Assembly: GCA_964035545.1 (NCBI GenBank)
Contig: OZ037771.1
Coordinates: 15,719,289-15,783,288, forward strand
DNA length: 64,000 bases
Source: Bugula neritina
Lineage: Eukaryota > Animalia > Bryozoa
Direction of reading: 5' to 3'
Position 1 is the stretch's first letter; each line of letters starts with the position of its first letter. Below are positions 1-12,783 of this stretch, piece by piece. Below the pieces are notes generated by a model. That model ran no database searches, was not told the DNA's origin, and worked only from the letters and a program-made list of their open reading frames with translations. The translations under genes and the position numbers were made by a program.

Positions 1-110
1 GTATTAGTATAGTATACATCATATCATTGTATTAGTATAGTATACATCATATCATTGTATTAGTATAGTATACATCATATCATTGTATTAGTATAGTATA
101 CATCATATAT
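1..110 (+). repeat. intronic minisatellite, 28-bp unit GTATTAGTATAGTATACATCATATCATT
   Basis: About 4 tandem copies, continues beyond the window start. Confidence 0.9.
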
Positions 111-123
111 TATTGTATTACAG

Positions 124-3100
124 GCGTCGAACCCGTTCTACGTCTTTCAGATATTCTCGTGTGCTTTGTGGTACGCAGACGAGTATTATTACTACGCTAC
201 AGCAATTCTTGTCATATCTATTGGGTCTCTGACAGTTACTACGTATATTACTAGAAAGGTTGATATTACTACTATATATATTATATATCTACTTGTTACT
301 ACATATATTACTATTATCATATATTACTAGATATTATATTGTAGATGGAGAGAGCCCTCAAGAGAACCGTCCATCAGTTTGGGTCAGCAAGCGTCAGAAG
401 AGAAAGAGCTACCCACACGGTGCTGCCGACAGAGCTGGTTCCGGGAGATATCATAGAGCTGCCACGGTCAGGCTGTGTCATGGATGTTGACGCAGTTCTT
501 CTGTGTGGAACCTGCATTGTCAATGAGAGCATGCTGACAGGTGAGTGACAGGTGACTGACAGGTGAGTGACAGGTGACTGACAGGTGAGAGTATATACTG
601 ACAGGTGAGTGGCAGGTGAGTGACAGGTGAGTGGCACATGAGAGTATATACTGACACTATACATACTGTGTTGAAGGTGAAAGTATACCAGTAACCAAGA
701 CGCCTCTGCCAAACCCTGCCAACTCGGACATGGTGTATGACGCCAAGCACCACTCTAAGCACACACTCTACTGCGGCACACAAGTCATCCAGACGAGATA
801 CTACAGCGACCAGCCCGTCACAGCCATCGTTATCAAGACGGGATTCATGACTGCTAAGGGGGGTCTCTTGAGGTCCATTATGTTCCCCAAACCTGTTGAT
901 TTTAGATTCTACAGAGATACTTACATGTTTATTTTAGTGCTGGCGTGCATGTCCTTCCTTGGTATGATCTACACTCTCGTGCTCATGGTTTGTATACTTA
1001 CTGTATATACTGTATAGTTAGTACTTACTGTATATACTATATAGTTAGTACTTACTGTATATATACTATATAGTTAGTACTTACTGTATATACTATATAG
1101 TTAGTACTTACTGTATATACTATATAGTTAGTACTTACTGTATATACTATATAGTTAGTACTTACTGTATATATACTATATAGTTAGTACTTACTGTATA
1201 TACTATATAGTTAGTACTTACTGTATATATACTATATAGTTAGTACTTACTGTATATACTATATAGTTAGTACTTACTGTATATACTATATAGTTAGTAC
1301 TTACTGTATATACTATATAGTTAGTACTTACTGTATATACTATCTAGTTAGTACTTACTGTATATACTGTATAGTTAGTACTTACTGTATATACTGTATA
1401 GTTAGTACTTACTGTATATACTATATAGTTAGTACTTACTGTATATATACTATATAGTTAGTACTTACTGTATATACTATATAGTTAGTACTTACTGTAT
1501 ATACTGTATAGTTAGTACTTACTGTATATACTATATAGTTAGTACTTACTGTATATACTATATAGTTAGTACTTACTGTATATACTATATAGTTAGTACT
1601 TACTGTATATATACTATATAGTTAGTACTTACTGTATATACTATATAGTTAGTACTTACTGTATATACTATATAGTTAGTACTTACTGTATATACTATAT
1701 AGTTAGTACTTACTGTATATATACTGTATAGTTAGTACTTACTGTATATATACTGTATAGTTAGTACTTACTGTATATATACTATATAGTTAGTACTTAC
1801 TGTATATACTATATAGTTAGTGCTTACTGTATATACTGTATAGTTAGTACTTACTGTATATATACTATATAGTTAGTACTTACTGTATATACTATATAGT
1901 TAGTACTTACTGTATATATACTATATAGTTAGTACTTACTGTATATACTATATAGTTAGTACTTACTGTATATACTATATAGTTAGTACTTACTGTATAT
2001 ACTATATAGTTAGTACTTACTGTATATATACTATATAGTTAGTACTTACTGTATATACTATATAATTAGTACTTACTGTATATATACTATATAGTTAGTA
2101 CTTACTGTATATACTATATAGTTAGTACTTACTGTATATACTATATAGTTAGTACTTACTGTATATACTATATAGTTAGTACTTACTGTATATACTATCT
2201 AGTTAGTACTTACTGTATATACTATATAGTTAGTACTTACTGTATATACTGTATAGTTAGTACTTACTGTATATACTGTATAGTTAGTACTTACTATATA
2301 TACTATATAGTTAGTACTTACTGTATATACTATATAGTAAGTACTTACTGTATATACTATATAGTAAGTACTTACTGTATATACTATATAGTTAGTACTT
2401 ACTATATATACTGTATAGTTAGTACTTACTGTATATACACTATATAGTTAGTACTTACTGTATATACTATATAGTTAGTACTTACTATATATACTATATA
2501 ATTAGTACTTACTGTATATACTATATAGTTAGTACTTACTGTATATACTATATAGTTAGTACTTACTGTATATACTATATAGTTAGTACTTACTGTATAT
2601 ATTAGATAGTTAGTACTTACTGTATATACTATATAGTTAGTACTTACTGTATATACTGTATAGTTAGTACTTACTGTATATACTATATAGTTAGTACTTA
2701 CTATATATACTATATAGTTAGTACTTACTGTATATACTGTATAGTTAGTACTTACTGTATATACTATATAGTTAGTACTTACTGTATATACACAGTTTAT
2801 TATACACCAGATAAGAAGTCAGTATGACGCTGGGCTCATTGCCAGAAGAGTGCTAGACTTGGTGACGATTGCAGTGCCCCCCGCCCTCCCTGCAGCTTTG
2901 GCTGTAGGAACACTGGTTTCTCAGTACAGACTCAAGAGAAGGTAACTCCTCGCCCCTGATAGTAACTGTGTGTCACTAGTTCTGAGTCTAGCAATGTGCT
3001 TACACTGGGAGTTATGCTACTTTCAGAGCCAGTATCTACTGCATCATCCCCAACTACATCAACATTGCTGGCTCTATTAACGTAGTCTGCTTTGATAAGA

Positions 3101-6100
3101 CCGGCACTCTGACGGAGGAGGGGCTGGACCTACAGGGTCTCCTACCAGTTGAGGGGGACAGGTGAGGATCCAGTGCTGCCTCTTTCTCTGTAGTTCATGA
3201 CCTTAGTGCACTTTGCACTGTGTGTTTGCTGACACATGGAATAATATGCCTGTTTCTGTTGCCTTGTGTTAACAGATTTGGGGAGTTTACACGGGACACC
3301 CGCAATCTTCTGGACAACTCGGACACTAAAGCTGCCATGGCCTGCTGCCACTCACTTACTTATATAGATGGTGAACTTAGCGGAGATCCATTAGATCTCA
3401 AAATGTTTGAGGCTACAGGTCAGCTCCCCGTCCCTTAGCCTGTATAGTAGGGTAGATTCTGGAACACAAACTATCTTTTCAGCTGCTTCCAGCTGTTTGA
3501 TCGTTTTAGTATTGTTAATTATATAATATAATGTATTTTATTATATAATATAATGTATTTTATTCTATAATGTATTTTATTATGTAATGTATTTTATTCT
3601 GTATTATAATGTATTTTATTCTTTATTATAATGTATTTCATTTTATAATATATTGTATTTTATTATATAATATAATGTATTTTATTACATAATATAATGT
3701 ATTTTATTATATAATATAATGTATTTTATTATATAATATAATGTATTTTATTCTATAATGTATTTTATTCTATAATATAATGTATTTTATTATATAATAT
3801 AATGTATTTATTATTTATTATATTATATTACATGTTGTATTGTGTTATCTTCCATATTATAATATATTTTGTATTATATTATGTATTATGTTATATTTTG
3901 TATTATATTATGTATTAGCTTATATTATTTTACGTATCTTTTATTAAATTATATTACATAACACATTACAGGCTGGCAGCTGGAGGAACTGGGAGAGGAG
4001 TCAAATAGATATGATATGATAATGCCTACAGTTGTCAAGTCTACGGTACTGTCTACTTACACTTACACTATATCTATATATACTTACACTTACACTTATC
4101 TATATATACTTACACTTACACTATATCTATACTTACACTTACACTATATCTATATATACTTACACTTACACTTTATCTATGTCTACTTACACCTACACTT
4201 TATCTATATATACTTACACCTACACTTTATCTATATATACTTACACCTACACTATATCTATATATACTTACACCTACACTTTATCTATATATACTTACAC
4301 CTACACTTTATCTATGTCTACTTACACCTACACTTTATCTGTATATACTTACACCTACACTTTATATATACTTACACCTACACTTTATCTATGTCTACTT
4401 ACACCTACACTTTATCTGTATATACTTACACCTACACTTTATATATACTTACACCTACACTTTATCTGTACTTACACTTACACTATATCTATATATACTT
4501 ACACCTACACTTATCTATATATACTTACACCTACACTTATCTATATATACTTACACTTACACTATATCTATATATACTTACACCTACACTTATCTATATA
4601 TACTTACACTTACACTATATCTGTACTTACACTTACACTTTATCTGTATATACTTACACCTACACTTTATCTATATATATACTTACACCTACACTTTATA
4701 TATACTTACACCTACACTTTATCTATACTTACACCTACACTTTATCTATATATACTTACACCTACACTTTATCTATATATACTTACACCTACACTTTATC
4801 TATATATACTTACACCTACACTTTATCTATATATACTTACACCTACATACACTTACACTACATACTACTTGTACACTAATATATGCTGCCTGCAGGCCAA
4901 GACGGAGGACACGACTCCTGAAGTTGGAATCCTGCGTCAGTTCACCTTCTCTTCTGCCCTCCAGAGAATGTCTGTTGTTGTGAAGAACCTGTCTCGACCT
5001 GCATTTGACCTCTATGCCAAAGGCTCTCCTGAAATGATCTCTTCACTCTGTCGACCTGAGACTCTGCCCAGTGATTTCTCTGAGCGCCTAGCCGAGTACA
5101 CTAGCAGGGGGTACAGAGTGATAGCCCTGGCACGCCGGCCGCTCTCGCATACCTACGCCAAGCTGCAGAAGATTGATAGGTAAGTTAGAGTAGGTTACTC
5201 TAAGTATGTCCACTTTTACTACTTATGGCTAGTAGATGTGAGAACATCTGTATGACATCTGTATGACATCTGTATGACATCTGTATGACATCTGTATGAC
5301 ATCTGTATGACATCTGTATGACATCTGTATGACATCTGTATGCTTCTGTATGACATCTGTATGACATCTGTATGACATCTGTATGACATCTGTATGCTTC
5401 TGTATGACATCTGTATGACATCTGTATGACATCTGTATGACATCTCTATGACATCTCTATGACATCTGTATGACATCTCTATGACATCTGTATGACATCT
5501 GTATGACATCTGTATGACATCTGTATGACATCTGTATGCTTCTGTATGACATCTGTATGACATCTGTATGACATCTGTATGACATCTCTATGACATCTCT
5601 ATGACATCTCTATGACATCTGTATGACATCTGTATGACATCTGTATGACATCTGTATGACATCTGTATGACATCTGTATGCTTCTGTATGACATCTGTAT
5701 GACATCTCTATGCTTCTTTCTGCAGATCTGATGTGGAAGTTGAAATGCATTTCCTTGGGCTGCTTGTGATGGAAAACCGACTGAAAGTAGAGACAACTCC
5801 AGTTATATCAGAGTTGAACAGAGCTAATCTCAGAACTGGTGAGACACTGTTTCCTGTTTCCTATTATTATGTAGTACTACTGTATACTAATAGTATGAGT
5901 ATACTGCTACTACTACTGTATACTAATAGTATGAGTATACTACTACTACTGTATACTAATAGTATGAGTATACTACTACTACTGTATACTAATAGTATGA
6001 GTATACTGCTACTACTGTATACTAATAGTATGAGTATACTACTACTGTATACTAATAGTATGAGTATACTACTACTGTATACTAATAGTATGAGTATACT

Positions 6101-9100
6101 ACTACTACTGTATACTAATAGTATGAGTATACTACTACTACTGTATACTAATAGTATGAGTATACTACTACTACTGTATACTAATAGTATGAGTATACTA
6201 CTACTGTATACTAATAGTATGAGTATACTACTACTACTACTGTATACTAATAGTATGAGTATACTGCTACTACTGTATACTAATAGTATGAGTATACTAC
6301 TACTACTGTATACTAATACTATTAGTATACTACTACTGTATACTAATAGTATGAGTATACTACTACTGTATACTAATAGTATGAATATACTACTACTACT
6401 GTCACTCCTCTGTAGTCATGGTTACGGGAGACAACATCCTGACTGGTGTTAGCGTAGCTAAAGAGTGTGGTATAGTCCCGGAAGGAAAGCAGGTTATTCT
6501 GATTACAGCCCATGAGAAGCTGGTGGATGGCGTGCGGACAGAATTCACTCTGGAGTATCACAGAGATGTGAAGACCTTTTCTTCAGCTTCCCAGGTATGT
6601 GTAGTTAGTATGTAGTTAGTGTGTAGTTAGTGTGTAGTTAGTGTGTAGTTAGTGTGTAGTTAGTGTGTAGTTAGTGTGTAGTTAGTGTGTAGTTAGTGTG
6701 TAGTTAGTGTGTAGTTAGTGTGTAGTTAGTGTGTAGTTAGTGTGTAGCTAGTGTGTAGCTAGTGTGTAGCTAGTGTGTAGCTAGTGTGTAGCTAGTGTGT
6801 AGCTAGTGTGTAGCTAGTGTGTAGCTAGTGTGTAGCTAGTGTGTAGCTAGTGTGTAGCTAGTGTGTAGCTAGTGTGTAGCTAGTGTGTAGCTAGTGTGTA
6901 GCTAGTGTGTAGCTAGTGTGTAGCTAGTGTGTAGTTAGTGTGTAGTTAGTGTGTAGTTAGTGTGTAGTTAGTGTGTAGTTAGTGCAGTATTCATATTGTA
7001 CTGTTCATCACTACCACAGAGTGTGGCACTAGACATGAGTTCAACTGAATCTTCAGCCAACTATTGCTTTGCTCTGACCGGTCAAGCGTGGAAAGTTATT
7101 TATGCTGAACATCCTGACTTGCTTCAAAGAGTCGCTGTTAGAGGTTTAGTATTTGCAAGAATGTCTCCAGAGCAAAAGGCACAACTGGTGGAAGTCTTGC
7201 AGTCCGTAGGTAAGTATATAACTAGTGACTGTAGGTGTATAACTAGTGACTGTAGGTATATAACTAGTGACTGTAGGTGTATAACTAGTGACTGTAGGTG
7301 TATAACTAGTGACTGTAGGTGTATAACTAGTGACTGTAAGTATATAACTAGTGACTGTAGGTGTATAACTAGTGACTGTAGGTGTATAACTAGTGACTGT
7401 AGGTGTATAACTAGTGACTGTAGGTGTATAACTAGTGACTGTAGGTATATAACTAGTGACTGTAGGTGTATAACTAGTGACTGTAGGTGTATAACTAGTG
7501 ACTGTAGGTATATAACTAGTGACTGTAGGTGTATAACTAGTGACTGTAGGTATATAACTAGTGACTGTAGGTATATAACTAGTGACTGTAAGTATATAAC
7601 TAGTGACTGTAAGTATATAACTAGTGACTGTAGGTGTATAACTAGTGACTGTAGGTATAGAGATAATAAGGATAGCTTCATTTCCCAGGCTACTATGTTG
7701 CCATGTGTGGGGACGGAGCTAATGACTGCGGGGCGCTGAAAGCTGCTCATTCCGGCATTTCTCTGTCGGAAGCCGAGGCTTCTGTTGCGTCACCCTTCAC
7801 CTCTAAGATAGCCAACATTACCTGCGTGCCCCAGCTGATACGGGAAGGGCGGGCTGCCCTCGTCACGTCATTTGGTGTGTTCAAGTTCATGGCAGGATAC
7901 AGTCTAACTCAGTTCACTTCTGTTCTACTCCTTTACTATGTGAGTACTACTCTACTATGTGAGTACTACTCTACTATGTGAGTACTACTCTACTGTGTGA
8001 GTACTACTCTACTCTACTCTACTGTGTGAGTACTACTCTACTGTGTGAGTACTACTCTACTGTGTGAGTACTACTCTACTGTGTGAGTACTACTCTACTG
8101 TGTGAGTAGTACTCTACTGTGTGAGTACTACTCTACTGTGTGAGTACTACTCTACTCTACTCTACTGTGTGAGTACTACTCTACTGTGTGAGTACTACTC
8201 TACTGTGTGAGTACTACTCTACTCTACTCTACTGTGTGAGTACTACTCTACTGTGTGAGTACTACTCTACTGTGTGAGTACTACTCTACTGTGTGAGTAG
8301 TACTCTACTGTGTGAGTACTACTCTACTGTGTGAGTACTACTCTACTATAAGTTGTACTCTACTATGTGTTGTATTGTTGTAGGTTGGTGTTAACCTCAC
8401 AGACTTTGAGTTTCTCTACATAGACCTCATTGTGATTACCTCACTCTCCGTGACGTGTAAGTATTGTCCCTCTGTAACCTATACTTACACATATAATATA
8501 CACCTACACATATAATATACACCTACAGATATAATATACACCTACAGATATAATATACACTTACACGTATAATATACACCTACACGTATAATATACACCT
8601 ACAGATATAATATACACCTACACGTATAATATACACCTACACATATAACATACACTTACACATATAATATACACTTACACATATAATATACGCCTACACG
8701 TATAATATACATATACAGCATTTGTTGTTCTTGCAGTTCCATTCACACCTGTTGCTGACACGATTCACCACCATCAACCACCTGTTAAACTCGCCAGTTT
8801 CTTCCCCATTTTGATCCTCGTACTCAACACAATAATAATGGCTGCTGTTCAGATCGGAGCAATGTTCCTCACTATGAGACAGCCTTGGTATGCGTGTTAC
8901 CACTACATATCCTATATGCTATATATACTAGTTAGTATTACTGTATATACTAGTTAGTATTACCGTGTATACTAGTTAGTATTACCGTGTATACTAGTTA
9001 GTATTACTGTATATACTAGTTAGTATTACCGTGTATACTAGTTAGTATTACCGTGTATACTAGTTAGTATTACTGTATATACTAGTTAGTATTACCGTGT

Positions 9101-10423
9101 ATACCAGTTAGTATTACCGTATATACCAGTTAGTATTACCGTATATACTAGTTAGTATTACCGTATATACCAGTTAGTATTACCGTATATACCAGTTAGT
9201 ATTACCGTATATACCAGTTAGTATTGCCGTATATACCAGTTAGTATTACCGTATATACTAGTTAGTATTACTGTATATACTAGTTAGTATTACTGTATAT
9301 ACTAGTTAGTATTACTGTATATACTAGTTAGTATTACTATATACTGCCAGGTTCGTTGCTATCAGTGAAACACAAGTGGATGCGGAAGACTACAGGTCGT
9401 ATGAAAACACTGCTGTCTTTGATGTCTCCTGCTTTCAGTACATCATCTTAGCCGTCATGTTTGCTCAGGGAGCTCCTTACAGAAAGAATCCTATCTATAA
9501 CATTCCTTTCTCTATCAATGTCCTCATAACATTGGCTTTGGCTATCTGGCTTATTATGTACCCAACAGGTAGGTGTGGTTAACAATGTATACATACATGG
9601 AGTGGGTGTGTCAGCACTGTATACATATAGAAGGTGTTTTGTTTTAGACCCAGTGGCAGATACCTTAGAACTAAAGCTACATCCCGATTACATTGGATTC
9701 CGTGGCTACTATATACTCTTTGGTGTGGGAAACTTCATTGTGTGTATGTTACTGGAGAAGTTGGTCACTGGGAATGACAACGTGAGACTGAAGTTTGAGA
9801 AATATACTAAAGTTAGCTGCTCTAAGTGGAACCCTGGTAAAATATACTCTGTACTCTCTCTACTATACTTTACTATATCTATACTCTATACTATATCTAT
9901 ACTCTATACTATATCTATACTCTATACTATATCTATACTCTCTCTAGTATATCTATACTCTATACTATATCTATACTCTCTATACTATATCTATACTCTC
10001 TCTACTATATATGTACTCTATACTATATCTATACTCTATACTCTATACTATATCTATACTGTATACTATATCTATACTCTCTCTACTATATCTATACTCT
10101 CTCTACTATATCTATACTCTATACTATATCTATACTCTATACTATATCTATACTCTATACTATATCTATACTCTATACTATATTTATACTCTATACTATA
10201 TCTATACTCTATACTATATCTATACTCTCTCTACTATATCTATACTCTATACTATATCTATACTCTATACTATATATTTACTCTCTATTGACAAACAGGC
10301 TCCAAGTATGAGGCCGTTGAAGAAGAGCTAAACTCTGCAACCGATTGGCCACCAGTAAGCGATGACGGAGAAACATTTGCTGCGGCCCTTCATCGAGAGA
10401 TGAGTGTCACCAGTAGCTCCTGA
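124..10423 (+). CDS. ATP13A3: P5B-type ATPase (ATP13A2/3/4/5 family, putative polyamine transporter), 5' part outside window; multi-exon
   Basis: Hand-spliced phase-consistent GT-AG exons: 124-258, 345-540, 677-987, 2811-2941, 3027-3161, 3276-3418, 3972-4045, 4896-5179, 5726-5838, 6416-6594, 7020-7209, 7689-7939, 8384-8456, 8737-8887, 9351-9568, 9648-9836, 10299-10423 (TGA). Motifs: NPFYVFQ, LTGES, PPALP (P5B signature), [31 protein letters not shown]-terminal WPP. The symbol is the closest vertebrate paralogue, not proven orthology. Confidence 0.93.
535..640 (+). repeat. donor-spanning minisatellite, 11-bp unit TGACAG|GTGAG
   Basis: Unit includes the exon end and the 5' splice site. Confidence 0.85.
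995..2790 (+). repeat. intronic minisatellite, 27/29-bp unit TACTTACTGTATATACTATATAGTTAG
   Basis: Roughly 65 copies filling the 1.8-kb intron. Confidence 0.95.
3515..3950 (+). repeat. degenerate AT-rich intronic minisatellite (about 22 bp, AATGTATTTTATTATATAATAT)
   Basis: Visible periodicity that decays toward the 3' end. Confidence 0.8.
4052..4860 (+). repeat. intronic minisatellite, 27-bp unit TACTTACACCTACACTTTATCTATATA
   Basis: Tandem copies; source of spurious YTYT/LHLH ORFs. Confidence 0.95.
5244..5712 (+). repeat. intronic minisatellite, 11-bp unit ACATCTGTATG
   Basis: About 40 copies. Confidence 0.95.
5872..6400 (+). repeat. intronic minisatellite, 27-33-bp unit (TAC)nTGTATACTAATAGTATGAGTA
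   Basis: Tandem copies with variable TAC number. Confidence 0.95.
6595..6985 (+). repeat. donor-anchored 9-bp repeat GTGTAGTTA/GTGTAGCTA
   Basis: Starts at the GT of the intron; internal block of the C variant. Confidence 0.95.
7206..7657 (+). repeat. donor-anchored 21-bp repeat GTAGGTGTATAACTAGTGACT
   Basis: About 21 copies, most containing TAG|GT. Confidence 0.95.
7934..8370 (+). repeat. donor-spanning 19-bp repeat GTGAGTACTACTCTACT(A/G)T
   Basis: Each copy recreates a GTGAGT donor. Confidence 0.95.
8480..8715 (+). repeat. intronic 19-bp repeat ATATAATATACACCTACAC
   Basis: Tandem copies. Confidence 0.9.
8920..9345 (+). repeat. intronic 22-bp repeat ACTAGTTAGTATTACTGTATAT
   Basis: Tandem copies. 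Confidence 0.95.
9845..10285 (+). repeat. intronic 18-bp repeat ACTATATCTATACTCTAT
   Basis: Tandem copies. Confidence 0.9.
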
Positions 10424-10704
10424 ATGTAGCCTCTCACCAACCTTTCTAGTTACTAATCACATGTCAGTCATTCCTACTCACTTACTAATAATTGACATAG
10501 GTTTGACTGATTTAAACACTGATGTTGTTATTGCTATTGCACAGCCTTTACCGTTCTATATTGCACTGATTGATAACTAACTCATTGAGTGTTAGTGCTT
10601 TTCTAGTTGATCAAAATATGCTGCAAAATGCATGTTATATGAAACAATTTTAGATACTATTAGTTTTAGAATTTTTATTATTCATTCATACTTAATTTTA
10701 TTAT

Positions 10705-10710
10705 AATAAA
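10705..10710 (+). terminator. candidate polyadenylation signal of the ATPase gene
   Basis: AATAAA about 280 nt after the stop, followed by GT/T-rich sequence. Confidence 0.4.
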
Positions 10711-12783
10711 ATTAATTTCTATATATATGAATTCAATACAAGTGTCTTTGGTTTTACTACAGCACTCCATGATACTACTTAATATTTCTCTTATGGATCT
10801 TCACATACAACTCTAGGCATTTCACATTTTTATAATGATGCAATATTATAATATCATGTATATATTAAGTGGATGAAGGCCTATGTTATAGAGCAAATTG
10901 TTTATGGCAATTTAAAGTAATTCCATCAACATTGTCTAAACTTTCATTAATATAATGCAGTGTTGTTATGGTGAGCTGTGTATTCTACTGAACTATTAAA
11001 GGGTAAATAGTTAAAGGCAACGAATATATTGCAGATGTTGCCAAAATTACGAACATGCATAGGTTCAAACTGATATGCATATACATACATTTAAATGTGT
11101 GAAAACGCTGTACTTGTCAACAAATATGGGAAGAGATTACAGTTATTGTGAGTTATCACCCCGGAAGTAAATATTTCTAAGCAGCTACAGACGGAAAATA
11201 AAAAAGATGTGATCAATATAACTTTAAGACTGAGTTTTAAGTATGATGATAACGTGGAACAGTAAAGGCCACCGAATTTCTTTTGGTTGTGTATGGTTCT
11301 CCAACAAACCATGACAATTATCTGCCAACTGTCAACAACGCCCCCAGCGTTAGTTTCTTTGCTAAGGAGTTCTTGCTTTTACAAGTTCAGTAGTAATAAA
11401 CCACTGCGTCTAATTCTTATTAAACGTAAAAGTCATCAATGCAGTAAGCACATCTCTGCGGGTCACATCACAAGATTAACCTAACAGTAACAAGCAAAAG
11501 CTCTTGCCAGTACTAATAGTAATAGTAATAGTAATTGGGTTTTGACTAATGCCAATTCAGTAATTGTAATTGTAACTAATAACAGAATCATTTGCACTCT
11601 TAACAGCAATATACTTTTTACTAATAGCTATAAGAATAGTCATAGTCGGGACTGTAAGTAGGTATACCGTATAGCTAGATGCTATAATGTCTGGTTTGTT
11701 AAAAGACTACGCCTGGAAGTTGAGTGGGAGTATTGCTCGCAGAATAGGAGCAAGTCAGAATCACACCCTGACTCTGACTCACGGTCACTGGCAAAATGTA
11801 AAATCGAGTCCCAAGTAAGTTTATCAATATGTATCAGTATAACTATAAGTGAAAATATCATCATTGTCATAAAATAGTGATCATAATAATTAATAGTTAC
11901 AAGTAGTGAACATTGTTTTAAACTAGGTATACTTATACTTATAGTGATCAGTGATTTTCATTAATAATTTATAAACAATAAATTAAGTTTATTTATGACA
12001 GTGACATAATTTGTTATAATACGTTTTATATTTATTTTTCTTCAATTCATAGTTCATATTTTTACGTTGATAACTGAGCAACACTATATTACTGTAATTA
12101 TAATCTTTTGATAGCAACTTTAAAACTATATTTGATTGATCGAATTTTTAATAAAATGCTACTAAATCATTATGATTTTACAAATGTACCAAAATGCTAG
12201 CAGTAGGCTAACTTTAAGTGTAAAAACTAGATTAAAAAGTTTTGCACTCTTGCTTTCGAAAATTCCTTGGAGCAAATATATTATGATTAACATTTTTGCA
12301 TTAAGTCTACTAGTTGGGCATCTCAAGGCAATGGCTTTAGCAAGTAAGAAATTTCGAATCAACATGTGCTTGACTTAGACCTAGCTCTAGAATCTGACTA
12401 ATAATGCAATGATAGAAGATTTTGATAGCAGCAAAAATCTATCATCTTTTTAATTAATTAACAAATACAATAAAAAATATGTTACTGTTATTTCTACAAC
12501 CTTATCAATTTATTTCAAGGTAGTCGCAGCTAATGTACTAGGTAGTTGCTAATCAGGAGCTAAAAGTATTACATAGTATTCTAACCCTACTCTATCACGC
12601 TGATGATTATATTAGCTATCAGTACTATTTCATCATGGCTTGCCCTATTTTAGTTAATTATCTGCTTTCACTGGGTGCAGCTTGTATTGTGTGTCTTGTA
12701 ACTCAACTATAATCTTGTTTAAAGTTTAGACTTATTTTGAATTTAGACTAGGGAGAAAGATTTTGCAGCAACAGAGGTGTATT

